DNA of 64,000 nt from Candidatus Kerfeldbacteria bacterium (GCA_903825245.1 CAIJZX010000016.1:2100-66099); one strand, 5' to 3'; counted from the stretch's first letter, positions 19,712 to 29,833 are shown. The notes: generated from the letters alone by a model not told the origin. Made by a program: numbers and translations.

Positions 19712-20764
19712 ATGGAATATCTCGGGAGCTTCTCGAGAGTGGCCACCGGGCGAGCTCAGCTCGCGGAAAATTTCAGTGTTGCTGAAATAGAACCGTGGGT
19801 TTGGGGGTACAACATGACAACAGAATCGGCTGGTTCTGATAACCGTGTTCATCTTCTGCCGTTCATTTCTGGGCAGGATATGAAGTGTAAGCTGTGCCTG
19901 ATGCGGCACGAAGAAAAAAAGACGAAGGAGCAGATAAACAGAGAAGGGGTTGCGGCCATTGTCATTATGAGCCTCGTCGCAAGCTTGATTCTGGCTGCAC
20001 TGGTGTTCGGCATTCCGCGACTCTGGGGAGCACACCACTGGTCGTTTCAGAATATTTTCTTCATCGGACTGGGCGTGTGTTTCCTGTTGGTGATGTGGTT
20101 GTTCGCCTTTGGCCAGAGTCGGTTCGTTTTTCACATGGATGGACACAACCACGTCCACTTTAAGGATCCTCGTCGGCAACTTCTACCAACCGGGAAATTC
20201 TACTGGCACGCGCCGTCAACGGAGGCCAAAGAATGGCCTGCTGGCAGTAGTGTCATCGAGGGTCCGATTCTCAGGATCCGGCATTTCGGGTGGCTGACAA
20301 AGCTACTGTATTACTGTTTCAGCGCCAACAATTCCTATAACGGCTTCCTGATCGATGACTCAGGTGATGTTGACCCCAAGATTCAGTTGACCCACTCCTC
20401 GACTCTTGAGGATTGTAGGTTTGCGGGGGCGTCGGAGTTGCCGTGGGCTGTGAAAGATGCGGGTGCAATGCTTGACTTCATTCGTACCCACCAGTCGCTC
20501 AAGCGCTACATGCAGAGTTTCGACGACATGGTAGTCGCCAAGACCTCGGTTGAGGATCTTGTGCTGGCAATCAGGGAATACCTGTATGCCTCACGGGATC
20601 GGGGTCAATCTTCCTCAGTTGGCCGTGCCATTCGGGAGATGATCGAAGTTTCGGATTTTGGTCATTCTTTCCCACTGAACGATGAGACCAGTCGGCGCGG
20701 GCGTCAGATGGAAGAGTTGCTCAGCTCAAGATTGGCTAGTCCATCAGGCCAGGGTACAAGTTAA
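19712..20764 (+). CDS. Hypothetical membrane protein (two predicted TM helices, ~250-aa cytoplasmic domain); GC-rich, start uncertain (19703 TTG / 19712 ATG / 19814 ATG)
   Basis: ORF translation; GC3-rich codon usage unlike neighbours. Confidence 0.5.
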   Translation: MEYLGSFSRVATGRAQLAENFSVAEIEPWVWGYNMTTESAGSDNRVHLLPFISGQDMKCKLCLMRHEEKKTKEQINREGVAAIVIMSLVASLILAALVFGIPRLWGAHHWSFQNIFFIGLGVCFLLVMWLFAFGQSRFVFHMDGHNHVHFKDPRRQLLPTGKFYWHAPSTEAKEWPAGSSVIEGPILRIRHFGWLTKLLYYCFSANNSYNGFLIDDSGDVDPKIQLTHSSTLEDCRFAGASELPWAVKDAGAMLDFIRTHQSLKRYMQSFDDMVVAKTSVEDLVLAIREYLYASRDRGQSSSVGRAIREMIEVSDFGHSFPLNDETSRRGRQMEELLSSRLASPSGQGTS

Positions 20765-20853
20765 ACGATATGATCTTTCCCAGGACGCTTCGGTGTCCTG
20801 TTTTTCTTATTTTTCACTTCGCTTTTTCTTCGTGTTCTGGTACACTACAGCGG

Positions 20854-22992
20854 ATGGATACACCCTACGTTCTCAAAAATTCTTTTAACCCGGCGAATTT
20901 CAAGATTGATTATCGCAAAGAGCTGAACGGCGAACAGCTTGACGTTGTGCTCCACGGCGACGGGCCGTGTTTGGTGCTCGCTGGCGCTGGATCGGGAAAA
21001 ACGCGGACGATTGTCTATCGTGTTGCCTATTTGATTGAGCAAGGTGTTCGACCGGAAGATATTCTCCTCGTGACGTTCACGAATAAAGCGGCTAAGGAAA
21101 TGTTGTTTCGGGTTGAAGAACTACTGGGCTCTTTTCCGGCGGGGCTGTGGGGCGGGACATTTCACCACATCGCTAACATTCTGTTGCGGAAGTATGCAAA
21201 AGCCATCGGCTACGATAATAACTTCACTATTCTCGACGCCGAGGATAGCAAGGATCTTATTAATCTGTGCGTGAAGTCACTGCACATTGATCCGAAGAAA
21301 GCGCGCTTCCCATCGGCGGGCGTCATTTCGGGATTACTGTCATTATCGAAAAACACGAACATTCCGGTCGGCGATCTGGTAACCGAAATGAAACCGGAGT
21401 TTATGAAGGTGGCGGATGATTTGGTGGCGGTCGGCCGCACATATGAAGATCGGAAGAAGAAAAATAATTTGATGGATTTCGATGATTTACTGTCGAACCT
21501 GCTTTTGTTATTGCGTGAACATGAAAACATCCGTCGAATTTTAAGCCAGCAATTCCGCTATGTTCTGGTTGATGAATATCAAGATACCAATCATTTGCAG
21601 GCGAACATCGTGCAACTCCTCAGCCAAGAACATAAGAACATTTTGGTCGTTGGTGACGACGCGCAGTCCATTTATTCATTCCGCGGCGCAGACATCAGTA
21701 ATATATTAGGTTTTCCGAAGTTGTATCCTGAAACGAAAATGTTCAAGCTGGAAGTCAACTATCGCTCGACGCAACCGGTGCTCGACGTGGCGAACACTAT
21801 TATTAAAAACAACATCGCTCAGTTTCCGAAAAAACTCCAACACGTTCGCGAGGGCAGCATCAAGCCGATTATCGTGCCCGCGGTTTCGGATGAGCAGGAA
21901 GCTGAGTTTATTGTCCAGAAAATTCTTGAATTGCGCGAAGACGGTGTACCATTGAAAGAAATGGCCGTGCTCTTCCGCGCCGCGTACCACTCGCAAGCGT
22001 TAGAATTCGAACTGACGCGGCGCGACATTCCCTATGATTTCCGCGGCGGTATGCGCTTTTTCGATCGCGCCCACATTAAAGATGTCCTAGCCTTTTTGAA
22101 AGTCGTCGATAATCCGAAAGATGAAGTGGCGATGAGTCGTGTGTTGCGTTTGCAGGTTGGGATCGGCGAACAAACCGCTAGCCAATTATTCGACATGATT
22201 CAAGAACGACTCGGGCCACCAGACGAGGAGGCGCATCCGCTCACAACTGTACTGGAAAGTCTTCTGCCGCCGAGTCGTGGTGAAACTGGTTGGAAGAATT
22301 TCCGCGGGACGATTGAATCGCTGGTTGATGAACGCGAGAATGGACCGGAGGCGTTGATTCGGCTCGTGATGGATGGTGAGTACCGCGATTACCTCGGAGC
22401 ACAGTTTACCGATGCCGATGATCGTCTACAAGATCTTGAGCAACTCGCATTATTTGCCGGTAAGTATGATGAGTTATCGAAATTCTTATCGGAGGTGTCG
22501 CTCCAGGAAAGTTTCGGCGTCGCTGGTAACGAGCAAGAACAATCGAACCAAGAACGCATTGTACTGAGCACCATTCACCAGGCGAAAGGATTAGAATGGC
22601 AAGCGGTTTTCATTCTCCATCTTTCCGACGCATACTTTCCAAATCCGAGAGCTTTGGGTGAGGAAGGCGGAATGGAAGAAGAGCGACGGTTATTCTATGT
22701 CGCCGTAACGCGAGCAAAAGAACATTTGTTTTTGACCTACAGTCTTGCCGCCGGTTACCGTACGACGAATATGCAACTGCAAGCGCCATCACCGTTTTTG
22801 AAAGAAATTCCGGAACGATTACTTGAATCGTATCGTTTAACCGAACAGCAAAGTGTGTTGGAAGACAGCCTGATCGATCCTGATTCGGTGATTGAGCTTG
22901 ATGACGATCAACAGCCGCGCGGGTTGCTTGATCGCGTTCTCCATTCCAATGCGCAAAAACGTTTGTCGCGGAAGCCGAAACAGTATTCATAG
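20854..22992 (+). CDS. ATP-dependent DNA helicase UvrD/PcrA family
   Basis: Walker A (GAGSGKTRT), UvrD motifs throughout; start at internal ATG (ORF track start 20770 is an extension). Confidence 0.9.
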   Translation: MDTPYVLKNSFNPANFKIDYRKELNGEQLDVVLHGDGPCLVLAGAGSGKTRTIVYRVAYLIEQGVRPEDILLVTFTNKAAKEMLFRVEELLGSFPAGLWGGTFHHIANILLRKYAKAIGYDNNFTILDAEDSKDLINLCVKSLHIDPKKARFPSAGVISGLLSLSKNTNIPVGDLVTEMKPEFMKVADDLVAVGRTYEDRKKKNNLMDFDDLLSNLLLLLREHENIRRILSQQFRYVLVDEYQDTNHLQANIVQLLSQEHKNILVVGDDAQSIYSFRGADISNILGFPKLYPETKMFKLEVNYRSTQPVLDVANTIIKNNIAQFPKKLQHVREGSIKPIIVPAVSDEQEAEFIVQKILELREDGVPLKEMAVLFRAAYHSQALEFELTRRDIPYDFRGGMRFFDRAHIKDVLAFLKVVDNPKDEVAMSRVLRLQVGIGEQTASQLFDMIQERLGPPDEEAHPLTTVLESLLPPSRGETGWKNFRGTIESLVDERENGPEALIRLVMDGEYRDYLGAQFTDADDRLQDLEQLALFAGKYDELSKFLSEVSLQESFGVAGNEQEQSNQERIVLSTIHQAKGLEWQAVFILHLSDAYFPNPRALGEEGGMEEERRLFYVAVTRAKEHLFLTYSLAAGYRTTNMQLQAPSPFLKEIPERLLESYRLTEQQSVLEDSLIDPDSVIELDDDQQPRGLLDRVLHSNAQKRLSRKPKQYS

Positions 22993-23007
22993 AAAATGAA
23001 ACAGGAC

Positions 23008-23034
23008 GGCGTGTTGCTTGCCGTCCCAGGTGAA
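23008..23034. terminator. Stem-loop GGACGGC-loop-GCCGTCC between convergent genes (probable bidirectional terminator)
   Basis: 7-bp perfect inverted repeat immediately 3' of helicase gene. Confidence 0.5.
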
Positions 23035-23045
23035 GGTGCGTGTCG

Positions 23046-23192
23046 TTAGTCGAACGACACATTGTGCGGGTTCCATTCCTTCCGAAGCTTCTCCAGCCGT
23101 TCGGGGTGCTTGGGGTCGCTGTTGCGACACAGGTAGGGGAAGAAGATGCCATAGACAAGGATGACGAGGGGGATTGCGATCCAGGGAGTCAT
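23046..23192 (-). CDS. Possible small (48 aa) membrane protein MTPWIAIPLVILVYGIFFPYLC…
   Basis: Terminal segment of a long antisense ORF; preceded by GGAGG; hydrophobic helix + charged tail; low confidence. Confidence 0.3.
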   Translation of the reverse strand: MTPWIAIPLVILVYGIFFPYLCRNSDPKHPERLEKLRKEWNPHNVSFD

Positions 23193-23408
23193 CGTGGCCT
23201 CCGCTTGAGTTTGAGTGACAGAACAATACGAACAACACAGTATAGTCCTGATAGGGGATTTTGTCAAGCGCCGAAAAAAACTGTATTCAAGGATGGTAAA
23301 AAACAGGGGTTGACAAATACTTTCCCTGGTGGCAAGATGCGCCCGCATCCGCAGGTTCGCAACTCGCCCTTTCCACACCAATTGCAGCCTTGCTGCAGGA
23401 GGAATCAT

Positions 23409-23879
23409 ATGACCATGAGAGAAGATCGTGAACGTGAGGAACGACAGTTGGCCAAACTGCAAGCCACAGAGCCTGACAAGCCGGTGATTCTGTCGCCGGA
23501 AGATGTTTCCACGAAGCTCAAAGAGCACGACAAGAGGCTCGGTGGCAACAATGGATTGGCGATCGCTGCCATCATCTGCAGTATCGTCATTCCGATCATC
23601 GTAGCGCTCGTCGCACTGCACTTCAGTCACCCCAAGGCCGCAACGACCGGCCTCACCCCCTCGGCGGTGATCGAGCGCATGACTGCCGACAGCATCGCTA
23701 CCCATGACCGGCTTGCCAAGACCGATGCACGCGTCGATAGCCTGCTCCACGTCTGCAAGGCTAATGGCGAAAAGACCGCCGATCTGACTACGCTGGTGGA
23801 GTCGCTGCACGGCCGCTACGACGAGCTCAAGAAGGACGTCTACTTCTTCTTCAACAACCAGGTCATACGCAAGCCGTAA
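23409..23879 (+). CDS. Hypothetical protein (coiled-coil N-terminus, one TM helix), GC-rich
   Basis: Strong SD (AGGAGG-6-ATG); ORF track start 23040 is an extension; upstream TTGACA at ~23305. Confidence 0.55.
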   Translation: MTMREDREREERQLAKLQATEPDKPVILSPEDVSTKLKEHDKRLGGNNGLAIAAIICSIVIPIIVALVALHFSHPKAATTGLTPSAVIERMTADSIATHDRLAKTDARVDSLLHVCKANGEKTADLTTLVESLHGRYDELKKDVYFFFNNQVIRKP

Positions 23880-23994
23880 CCTCGCTCCCCACCACCACAG
23901 AACATCGTGGTGGTTTTTCTTTTGACAATATTTTCGTCTCATGATAGACCCGTAGCAACGAAACCGCTCTTCCCACCTTTCCACGAGGATTCCG

Positions 23995-24297
23995 ATGACC
24001 ACGCACATTAGTCTCATCATGGCCGCATGGGTAATTGTCATCGCTTTGGGCGGACCAATCTTCCATCAGACGTTCAAGGCGCATTATTTTCTCGATTATG
24101 GCTTGCACTATGCCGCTCGCGAACACATGCTGCGAACGGTCGGACTCGACTTACTCTTACTGGCGTTCATCGGTGTCATGATCGGCATCAGGTACCTTGT
24201 TCAGCCGCTCATCGTTCCGATCATCGTCGGCTCGTCTATCTCCGTACTTTCTTTCTGGCTCATCATACGTGCCAGTCTGCGCATGCGAATCGAATAG
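23995..24297 (+). CDS. Hypothetical small membrane protein (3-4 TM helices)
   Basis: ORF translation hydrophobic; followed by terminator. Confidence 0.5.
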   Translation: MTTHISLIMAAWVIVIALGGPIFHQTFKAHYFLDYGLHYAAREHMLRTVGLDLLLLAFIGVMIGIRYLVQPLIVPIIVGSSISVLSFWLIIRASLRMRIE

Positions 24298-24298
24298 C

Positions 24299-24330
24299 AC
24301 CTCCATCGTACGACGGAGGTTTTTTGTAAG
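24299..24330 (+). terminator. Rho-independent terminator (CCTCCATCGTACGACGGAGG + TTTTTTG)
   Basis: Stem-loop followed by T-run directly after 23995..24297. Confidence 0.7.
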
Positions 24331-24381
24331 AAAAAACGGCAGGCTCAAAGTCGAGCACTGCCGTTAGAAAAAGATCAAAAT

Positions 24382-25236
24382 CTACAACTGCCTGAACTTG
24401 GCCTTGATGCCATCCACGACATCGTGGAAAGCTGCACTTGAGGTTAGTTCAGGATGCCAGGCCAAGCCCTTGGCTACCATGTCGATCGTCTCCACAATTC
24501 GCGAACCGGGGATCGGATTCCCAGTCGCGTCATGGTCACGCCCGATCAAGAACAGGTGGTCACCGATGGCCGCCGCTGACTCGATGTCGTGGGTGATGAT
24601 GACGATGGTATTGCCACCATCAAGCGCCGCCAACTCCGCGATCAGCTCACAAACACGTGCCTTCGCCAACACATCGAGACCAGAGAACGGCTCGTCCATC
24701 AGCAAGTAGTGCTGACTGCAGAGCAGCTGCTGGGCGATGGCTACCCGCTGACGCTGTCCGCCGGACAACTGCTCCGGAAACACATCGTAGCGATCAGCCA
24801 GACCGAATCGTTCGAGGAGGATCATCGCCTGACTGTGCGACTCCTTCCGTGAAAGACCAGCCTGTTGTCCAGCAATAACCAGGTTGCTAATCACGCGGTG
24901 GTGTTCGAACAGTGGGTAGTCCTGGGCAACAACACCAACCAGGCCACGGTGGACCGGAATTTCCGTTCCATTGTGATGGATGCGAATCGTGCCCGACACT
25001 TTTGCAGCGCGATCCGGCATCCCAGCAATCAACCGGAACAATTGGGTCTTGCCGAAACCAGACGGACCAAGCAAACAGACGATCTGCCCGTGTCCATCAT
25101 TCTTGCGTACCTCCAAATCGAGATCTCGCAAGATGATCTTATTCCCGAACGCCAAGTTGACTTTCTCGAGCGACAGTAGACGCCCATTCGTCGGCACTTG
25201 CGGCTCAGGAATAGCCGTACTCGCGGTCGTGCTCAT
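24382..25236 (-). CDS. ABC transporter ATP-binding protein (NitT/TauT nitrate/sulfonate/taurine family-like)
   Basis: Walker A GPSGFGKT, signature LSGGQRQRVAIAQ, Walker B LLMDEPFSGLD. Confidence 0.85.
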   Translation of the reverse strand: MSTTASTAIPEPQVPTNGRLLSLEKVNLAFGNKIILRDLDLEVRKNDGHGQIVCLLGPSGFGKTQLFRLIAGMPDRAAKVSGTIRIHHNGTEIPVHRGLVGVVAQDYPLFEHHRVISNLVIAGQQAGLSRKESHSQAMILLERFGLADRYDVFPEQLSGGQRQRVAIAQQLLCSQHYLLMDEPFSGLDVLAKARVCELIAELAALDGGNTIVIITHDIESAAAIGDHLFLIGRDHDATGNPIPGSRIVETIDMVAKGLAWHPELTSSAAFHDVVDGIKAKFRQL

Positions 25237-26021
25237 GAGCGCTCCTTCTTCAAGAAGGCATAGGGGGTAACCAGCCGCTTGATGAGTACAATCACGTTGT
25301 CCTGAACAAGTCCAAGCGCCATAACCGAAATCATGATGGCGAGTACTTGCGGGATGTTGAAGTGCTTATTCTCGGCGATGATCATTGTGCCGACACCGCC
25401 CTCACTCTTAACGATTCCTTCGACCATCGGCAGCATCATCCAGCCAATTCCAGCATTCTGCCGGATGGCATCGATGACTTTGTCGAACGTGCCAAGGACA
25501 ACGACTTCCCACGTCACCTGCCACTCATTCATGCGCAAGGTTCGGGCGTAGTCGTAGCGATCATCTTTGACATCACTGACAATATCGTTGATGGAGGTTG
25601 TCAGGAAGACCATGATGGCGAAGATGAGCAAGGCCAACTTCAGCCGATGCCCGCCGCCGAACATCATGGTGAACAGAAACGGCAGACCGACAAAACCCAG
25701 GTAGCGGAGCGTCGTCACGAACGTCACGAACGGCCGCATAACCGGAAGTCTACCTGAATACGCGAAGGCCATCGAGAACACCGACGCCAGGAAAATCGCT
25801 TGCACGAATGTCCAGAAGCTGTTGATCAGTTCCTGACCCAGTCCGTCGTTCATCCACATATCACCAAAGGCTTGCGTCACCTCCAGCGGTCGTGGAATGA
25901 TCGGACTGGCCATGAACAGCCAGTTGAACATGAGAAAGACCAGAACCAAAAGCGTCAGCAAGCGCCGAGCCAATGGACCGACCTCCTCATTCGGATAGAA
26001 CACACGCCAGATTTTGCCCAT
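25233..26021 (-). CDS. ABC transporter permease (binding-protein-dependent inner membrane component)
   Basis: Multi-TM protein, 4-bp overlap with ATPase gene. Confidence 0.75.
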   Translation of the reverse strand: MGKIWRVFYPNEEVGPLARRLLTLLVLVFLMFNWLFMASPIIPRPLEVTQAFGDMWMNDGLGQELINSFWTFVQAIFLASVFSMAFAYSGRLPVMRPFVTFVTTLRYLGFVGLPFLFTMMFGGGHRLKLALLIFAIMVFLTTSINDIVSDVKDDRYDYARTLRMNEWQVTWEVVVLGTFDKVIDAIRQNAGIGWMMLPMVEGIVKSEGGVGTMIIAENKHFNIPQVLAIMISVMALGLVQDNVIVLIKRLVTPYAFLKKERS

Positions 26022-26100
26022 CGATCCTCCGAAAAAGAAAAGGCGCTCAGTTCCACGAGGAACCGAGCGCCATAGGTGAGCTTCAGATCACCTGGCCCAA

Positions 26101-27927
26101 CTACTGCGAGGTGGACTTGAGGACGATCTGCACCCGGCGATTCTTCGCACGACCCTCGGGGGTGTCGTTCGAAGCAACCGGATTCATCTGACCATGTGCG
26201 AAGACTCGGACGCGACCCGCCGGGAAGTTGGTCGGCGAATGCGACTCGAGCCACTGCTGAACGGCGAAGGCACGGGCTTCCGCCAAACGCTGATTGTCCT
26301 GCAGACGCTGATTGGCGTCCGGGGAGCCAGTGTTGTCGGTATGACCATGCACCTCGACGTACGTGCCGCCCGCGATACCCAAATTCTGGATCAGGTCGCG
26401 GAGCACGGATTCGGCCTTGGGCGTGAACGTCGCCTGACCGGAGTTGAACGTGACGTTGTAATCACGATCGCCCACCGTCGCACCGGGAGTTCCAGAGAAC
26501 GTCTCCGGAGCCTCGGCCGGGGTGGGATTGGGGTTCTTGGCCTGGAGATCCGCCACATACGAGACATTGATGACCTCGGACGCGGGCGGAAAACTCGGCA
26601 CCAGGCGCGGATACTGCTGAACCACGATCTTGCCGAACATTTCGTAGGTGGCCTGAACCAGGTTCTGACCACCGGCGCGTTCGAGTCCGAAGACGTGGAT
26701 CGCATCGGACAGGTTGCAAACCGACGAGCCGCCCAGTGACACCGGAATTCCCTGCTTGTCGGGCTGGATGACACCGTCGAAATACTTCAACCAGTATCCC
26801 GCACCCTTGTTCTCGCCGTAGAGCGCGTTCTCGATCTCGGCGGCATGCTGCTTCGCCTGCGGGTAGGCACGAATCTGGTCCGCTGCGTCGTAACTGGCCA
26901 TGAGCATGTTGTCCAAGGTCGTCCGGTTCGCGTCGTCCCACTTCTTGATACCGATAACCACGCACGGCATCTGGTACTTGTTCTCCTTGGTGCTCAGAAT
27001 CGACACCAGGCCGCCCTTCTTCTCGGCTGCCGTCACGTCGCCCGGAGTCCAGGTAGCGATACCAGTGACACCGATCGTCACGGTTTCACCCGTCGGAACA
27101 CCGTTCTTGACGACTTTGCGAGTCTCGGTATAACCGCTGATGTACTTTGCCGCGGCATCGATGTAGTTATCGGCATTGAGCACGTTGATCGCGTCGGGGT
27201 CAAACGTCTTCTCGTCCGGATTGACCTTGAGGCCATTGTTGCCAGCCCAGATCACCAGGATGTTCCAATCCCCATCACGCAGGACGCACGCCACAAGCTT
27301 GCCAATCGCGAGACGCGGATTCGTCAGCCACGCCGGCGGACCCATCAGCTTGTCTTCACCTCGCGAATAGCCGATGACGCCACAGATTTCGGCGATGAAA
27401 TCTGCACCGAACTTCTTGAGCTTCGGATTGATGCCCTGCAGGAACGCTGCGGCACCGTCGCCCATGATGGTAACAAAGTGCACGCCCTCCGTTGGCTGAG
27501 CAACACCCTTATGCATCTCGTCCGCGGTCTTGAGTAGGTCGCTCTGCAACTGGTTGTTGTCGTCCTGACGAGACCAGTGCACATTGACACCGTACTTCTC
27601 CATCAGCGAACCGCGAGTCGTACTCGGGCCACCGATGGCATACAGCAGACCCATCTGCGCGTTCCAGGCATACCCTTCCATCCGGACCTGCGGCCCATTG
27701 ACCTGGGCCGGTTCCGAACTCGGAATGGGCAGCATGGACACCGAGGTAGCAGAACCACCGGCGTTGTCCGACGGCAGATTGACCGCCGACGGAACACTGG
27801 CCGCCGTGTGCTTGGCACCCGGGATGAGACCATGCGTCACGAGGAACTTACCGCCGAATATGACCGCCGCGATGATGAACAGGCCGATCATGATGATACC
27901 GCCAGACTTGGGACCGCCCTGTGCCAT
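26101..27927 (-). CDS. Membrane-anchored fusion protein: periplasmic substrate-binding-protein-like domain + C-terminal OmpA/MotB peptidoglycan-binding domain
   Basis: N-terminal TM; C-terminus …VEVHGHTDNTGSPDANQRLQDNQRLAEARAFAVQQWL…AHGQMNPVASNDTPEGRAKNRRVQI is a clear OmpA-like domain; central region has SBP-like character (lower confidence). Confidence 0.6.
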   Translation of the reverse strand: MAQGGPKSGGIIMIGLFIIAAVIFGGKFLVTHGLIPGAKHTAASVPSAVNLPSDNAGGSATSVSMLPIPSSEPAQVNGPQVRMEGYAWNAQMGLLYAIGGPSTTRGSLMEKYGVNVHWSRQDDNNQLQSDLLKTADEMHKGVAQPTEGVHFVTIMGDGAAAFLQGINPKLKKFGADFIAEICGVIGYSRGEDKLMGPPAWLTNPRLAIGKLVACVLRDGDWNILVIWAGNNGLKVNPDEKTFDPDAINVLNADNYIDAAAKYISGYTETRKVVKNGVPTGETVTIGVTGIATWTPGDVTAAEKKGGLVSILSTKENKYQMPCVVIGIKKWDDANRTTLDNMLMASYDAADQIRAYPQAKQHAAEIENALYGENKGAGYWLKYFDGVIQPDKQGIPVSLGGSSVCNLSDAIHVFGLERAGGQNLVQATYEMFGKIVVQQYPRLVPSFPPASEVINVSYVADLQAKNPNPTPAEAPETFSGTPGATVGDRDYNVTFNSGQATFTPKAESVLRDLIQNLGIAGGTYVEVHGHTDNTGSPDANQRLQDNQRLAEARAFAVQQWLESHSPTNFPAGRVRVFAHGQMNPVASNDTPEGRAKNRRVQIVLKSTSQ

Positions 27928-27950
27928 GGTGAAATCTCCTTCTTTGGGGT

Positions 27951-27964
27951 TTTGGTTTTTGTGG
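27951..27964. promoter_or_regulatory. Palindrome TGACGT-AA-ACGTCA in promoter region of the ABC operon
   Basis: Read from sequence between 27928 and 27987. Confidence 0.3.
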
Positions 27965-27987
27965 ACTATGACGTAAACGTCACGTCG

Positions 27988-29043
27988 CTACTTCTTGTCG
28001 TTCGGATCGTCTGCAAACAAACGCTGGAGGCCTTCGCCGCCAGTCGTCGTCGAACGCGCCGCCGGAACGCGCTCCCGACCATCACGGAACACCGGCAAAG
28101 CCGATGCATCCGAATGCGCCGAGAGCAATCCCTTGACCGCGGTGCTGCGTTCACGCCAGGCCGACAGTGCCTTCTGCCCCTGCTCCGTTCGGAGCTGAGT
28201 AAGCAGATCACCACTGACCATGGCATTTGAGTCCCGAACGAATGAACGGAACTCCGCCAACTTGGTGTTGAAGTCCTCGACAGCCACTTCCGATGCCCGG
28301 TCGTAGAACCAGGCACCAGCAGAACCGCCCGATAGGATGCGCCGCAGGTTCTGGAATGCCTTGTAGGCGCCCCCCATGATAGTGCGCTTCTTGGTGATTG
28401 CTCGAACAAAACTCTCTGCATCAGCGATCTGGTCGCCAACCGCAGTGAGCATCGTCCTGAGCTCTTCCCTTATTTCTTCAAAGACCGTCCGCATGGAATC
28501 GAATTCGTCCGCATTGGCGTTGCGCCGTGTGGCGTCATTCGTCAGAGTTGTGACCTTGCCGGTCTCACCACGTCGTTGCGCGATGTCGGCCAGCTGCATG
28601 TCCTTCTCTGCTCCAGCGCGTTCGTGCGCACTTTCGTCAGCCAGAGTTGTAATCTGGCCTTCGATGACCGATTCCTGCTTTGCTCCATCCGCTGCTTCTT
28701 TCTTCATCTCCTTGACACGACTCTCGAGGATCGAGATCGGATCGAGATCGATGAAACCCATGGCAACAAAACGCACGAGCGACTCGAAGACGTACCGAAC
28801 GAGGGTTCGGAACCGAGGATTAGCGACGAGCAGAAGGATGGCAACGAGGATACCACCGAGCCAGGCCATGTGAACACCGGTCAAAAGAATATCGACCAGC
28901 GTCGGACCGAGCTTCCACAGAAGCAGGAGTCCAGCCAGGATAGCAATAACCAGTCCACCCTTGGCGAAATTCTTCTCTGGTCGCTGCCAGATGGACTTGA
29001 TAGAACTGCCAGTCGAGACGACCGGCAGATTTGAGATACTCAT
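27988..29043 (-). CDS. Hypothetical membrane protein: two N-terminal TM helices followed by long coiled-coil region
   Basis: ORF translation; possible PspA/TelA-like coiled coil (speculative). Confidence 0.5.
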   Translation of the reverse strand: MSISNLPVVSTGSSIKSIWQRPEKNFAKGGLVIAILAGLLLLWKLGPTLVDILLTGVHMAWLGGILVAILLLVANPRFRTLVRYVFESLVRFVAMGFIDLDPISILESRVKEMKKEAADGAKQESVIEGQITTLADESAHERAGAEKDMQLADIAQRRGETGKVTTLTNDATRRNANADEFDSMRTVFEEIREELRTMLTAVGDQIADAESFVRAITKKRTIMGGAYKAFQNLRRILSGGSAGAWFYDRASEVAVEDFNTKLAEFRSFVRDSNAMVSGDLLTQLRTEQGQKALSAWRERSTAVKGLLSAHSDASALPVFRDGRERVPAARSTTTGGEGLQRLFADDPNDKK

Positions 29044-29058
29044 GTCAGCTCCGATCTC

Positions 29059-29679
29059 CTACTTGAGGTAGGGTTCGAGGTTGGCAGCGTCATTCGCCAG
29101 CCGCTTCTGAACAGCGGCAAAAGCGATATCGAAATCCGTCTGCATCTTTGCCGTCTTTTCCTTGCCGGCCTGGATCTGTCCACGCAGCGTCTGCTGCTGG
29201 GTAACCAGGTCGGTGCGCTGCTGCTGCAACTGCGCGAGTTGCGTGTCAATGGTAGCCAGCTGGCTGTCCATCTCCGTAACCCGGCGCTCCTTGCCGCCGA
29301 CATTCTCGTCCGTCTCGGTTTTGAGCCGCTGAGCGAATTCCACCCGCTCGGTTTCGAGCAGTTGAATTCGCGCGGTCAGCGCCGCCTTGATAGCCGGTGG
29401 CGTGTGCCCATGCAACTTCGCCACCATCTGCAGTGCCTTGCTGTTCCGCTTGGCGGGATCGGGAATGTCTTGCAAATCCGTCAGCATGTTCATGAAGTCG
29501 GTGTACGGCTTGGCCGTTCCGGCATCAACGTCATGCATGATTGCTTCCTCGTAGTGACTCGTGTCACCGGTCGCGACAACCGTCGGCGTACTTGCCGTCG
29601 TGGTTGTCATCGGAGTCGAGGTCACTGTCGGCACGCTCGGACGTGGGGTCGAGGGCTGTTCGCCCTTCTCGTCCCCCAA
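29059..29679 (-). CDS. Hypothetical coiled-coil protein with Thr/Pro-rich N-terminus (TTG start or internal ATG)
   Basis: ORF translation; Q/E/L-rich heptad-like C-terminal half. Confidence 0.45.
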   Translation of the reverse strand: MGDEKGEQPSTPRPSVPTVTSTPMTTTTASTPTVVATGDTSHYEEAIMHDVDAGTAKPYTDFMNMLTDLQDIPDPAKRNSKALQMVAKLHGHTPPAIKAALTARIQLLETERVEFAQRLKTETDENVGGKERRVTEMDSQLATIDTQLAQLQQQRTDLVTQQQTLRGQIQAGKEKTAKMQTDFDIAFAAVQKRLANDAANLEPYLK

Positions 29680-29792
29680 ATCCCAAACATGTTCACGGAT
29701 GAATGCCTTGAGCTTAATCTTTGACAGACCGGCGACCTTACACTACTTTTCCATTTTTGTCAAGAGTTAACTCCGTTATTTGGCTAATATTA

Positions 29793-29823
29793 AAGAAAAA
29801 ACCGATTGTTTGTTACAATCGGT
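29793..29823 (-). terminator. Rho-independent terminator (ACCGATTGT-loop-ACAATCGGT + U-run on minus strand)
   Basis: 9-bp perfect inverted repeat at 29801-29823 with A-run 29795-29800 on plus strand. Confidence 0.7.
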
Positions 29824-29833
29824 ATAGTGTGCC

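Noticed and set aside
19703-20853. Membrane protein plus UvrD helicase as a two-gene defense system (Gabija/Hachiman-like)
   Set aside because: The helicase is full-length with host-like codon usage and typical PcrA/UvrD motifs, whereas the upstream gene is compositionally foreign. Juxtaposition is more likely due to island insertion than to a functional pair.
23046-24041. 331-aa minus-strand ORF spanning the 23.0-24.0 kb region
   Set aside because: The translation is Arg/Trp/Cys-rich junk typical of antisense frames in GC-rich DNA. It overlaps two plus-strand genes that have strong SDs. Only its last 48 codons (23046..23192) are kept as a low-confidence small membrane protein.
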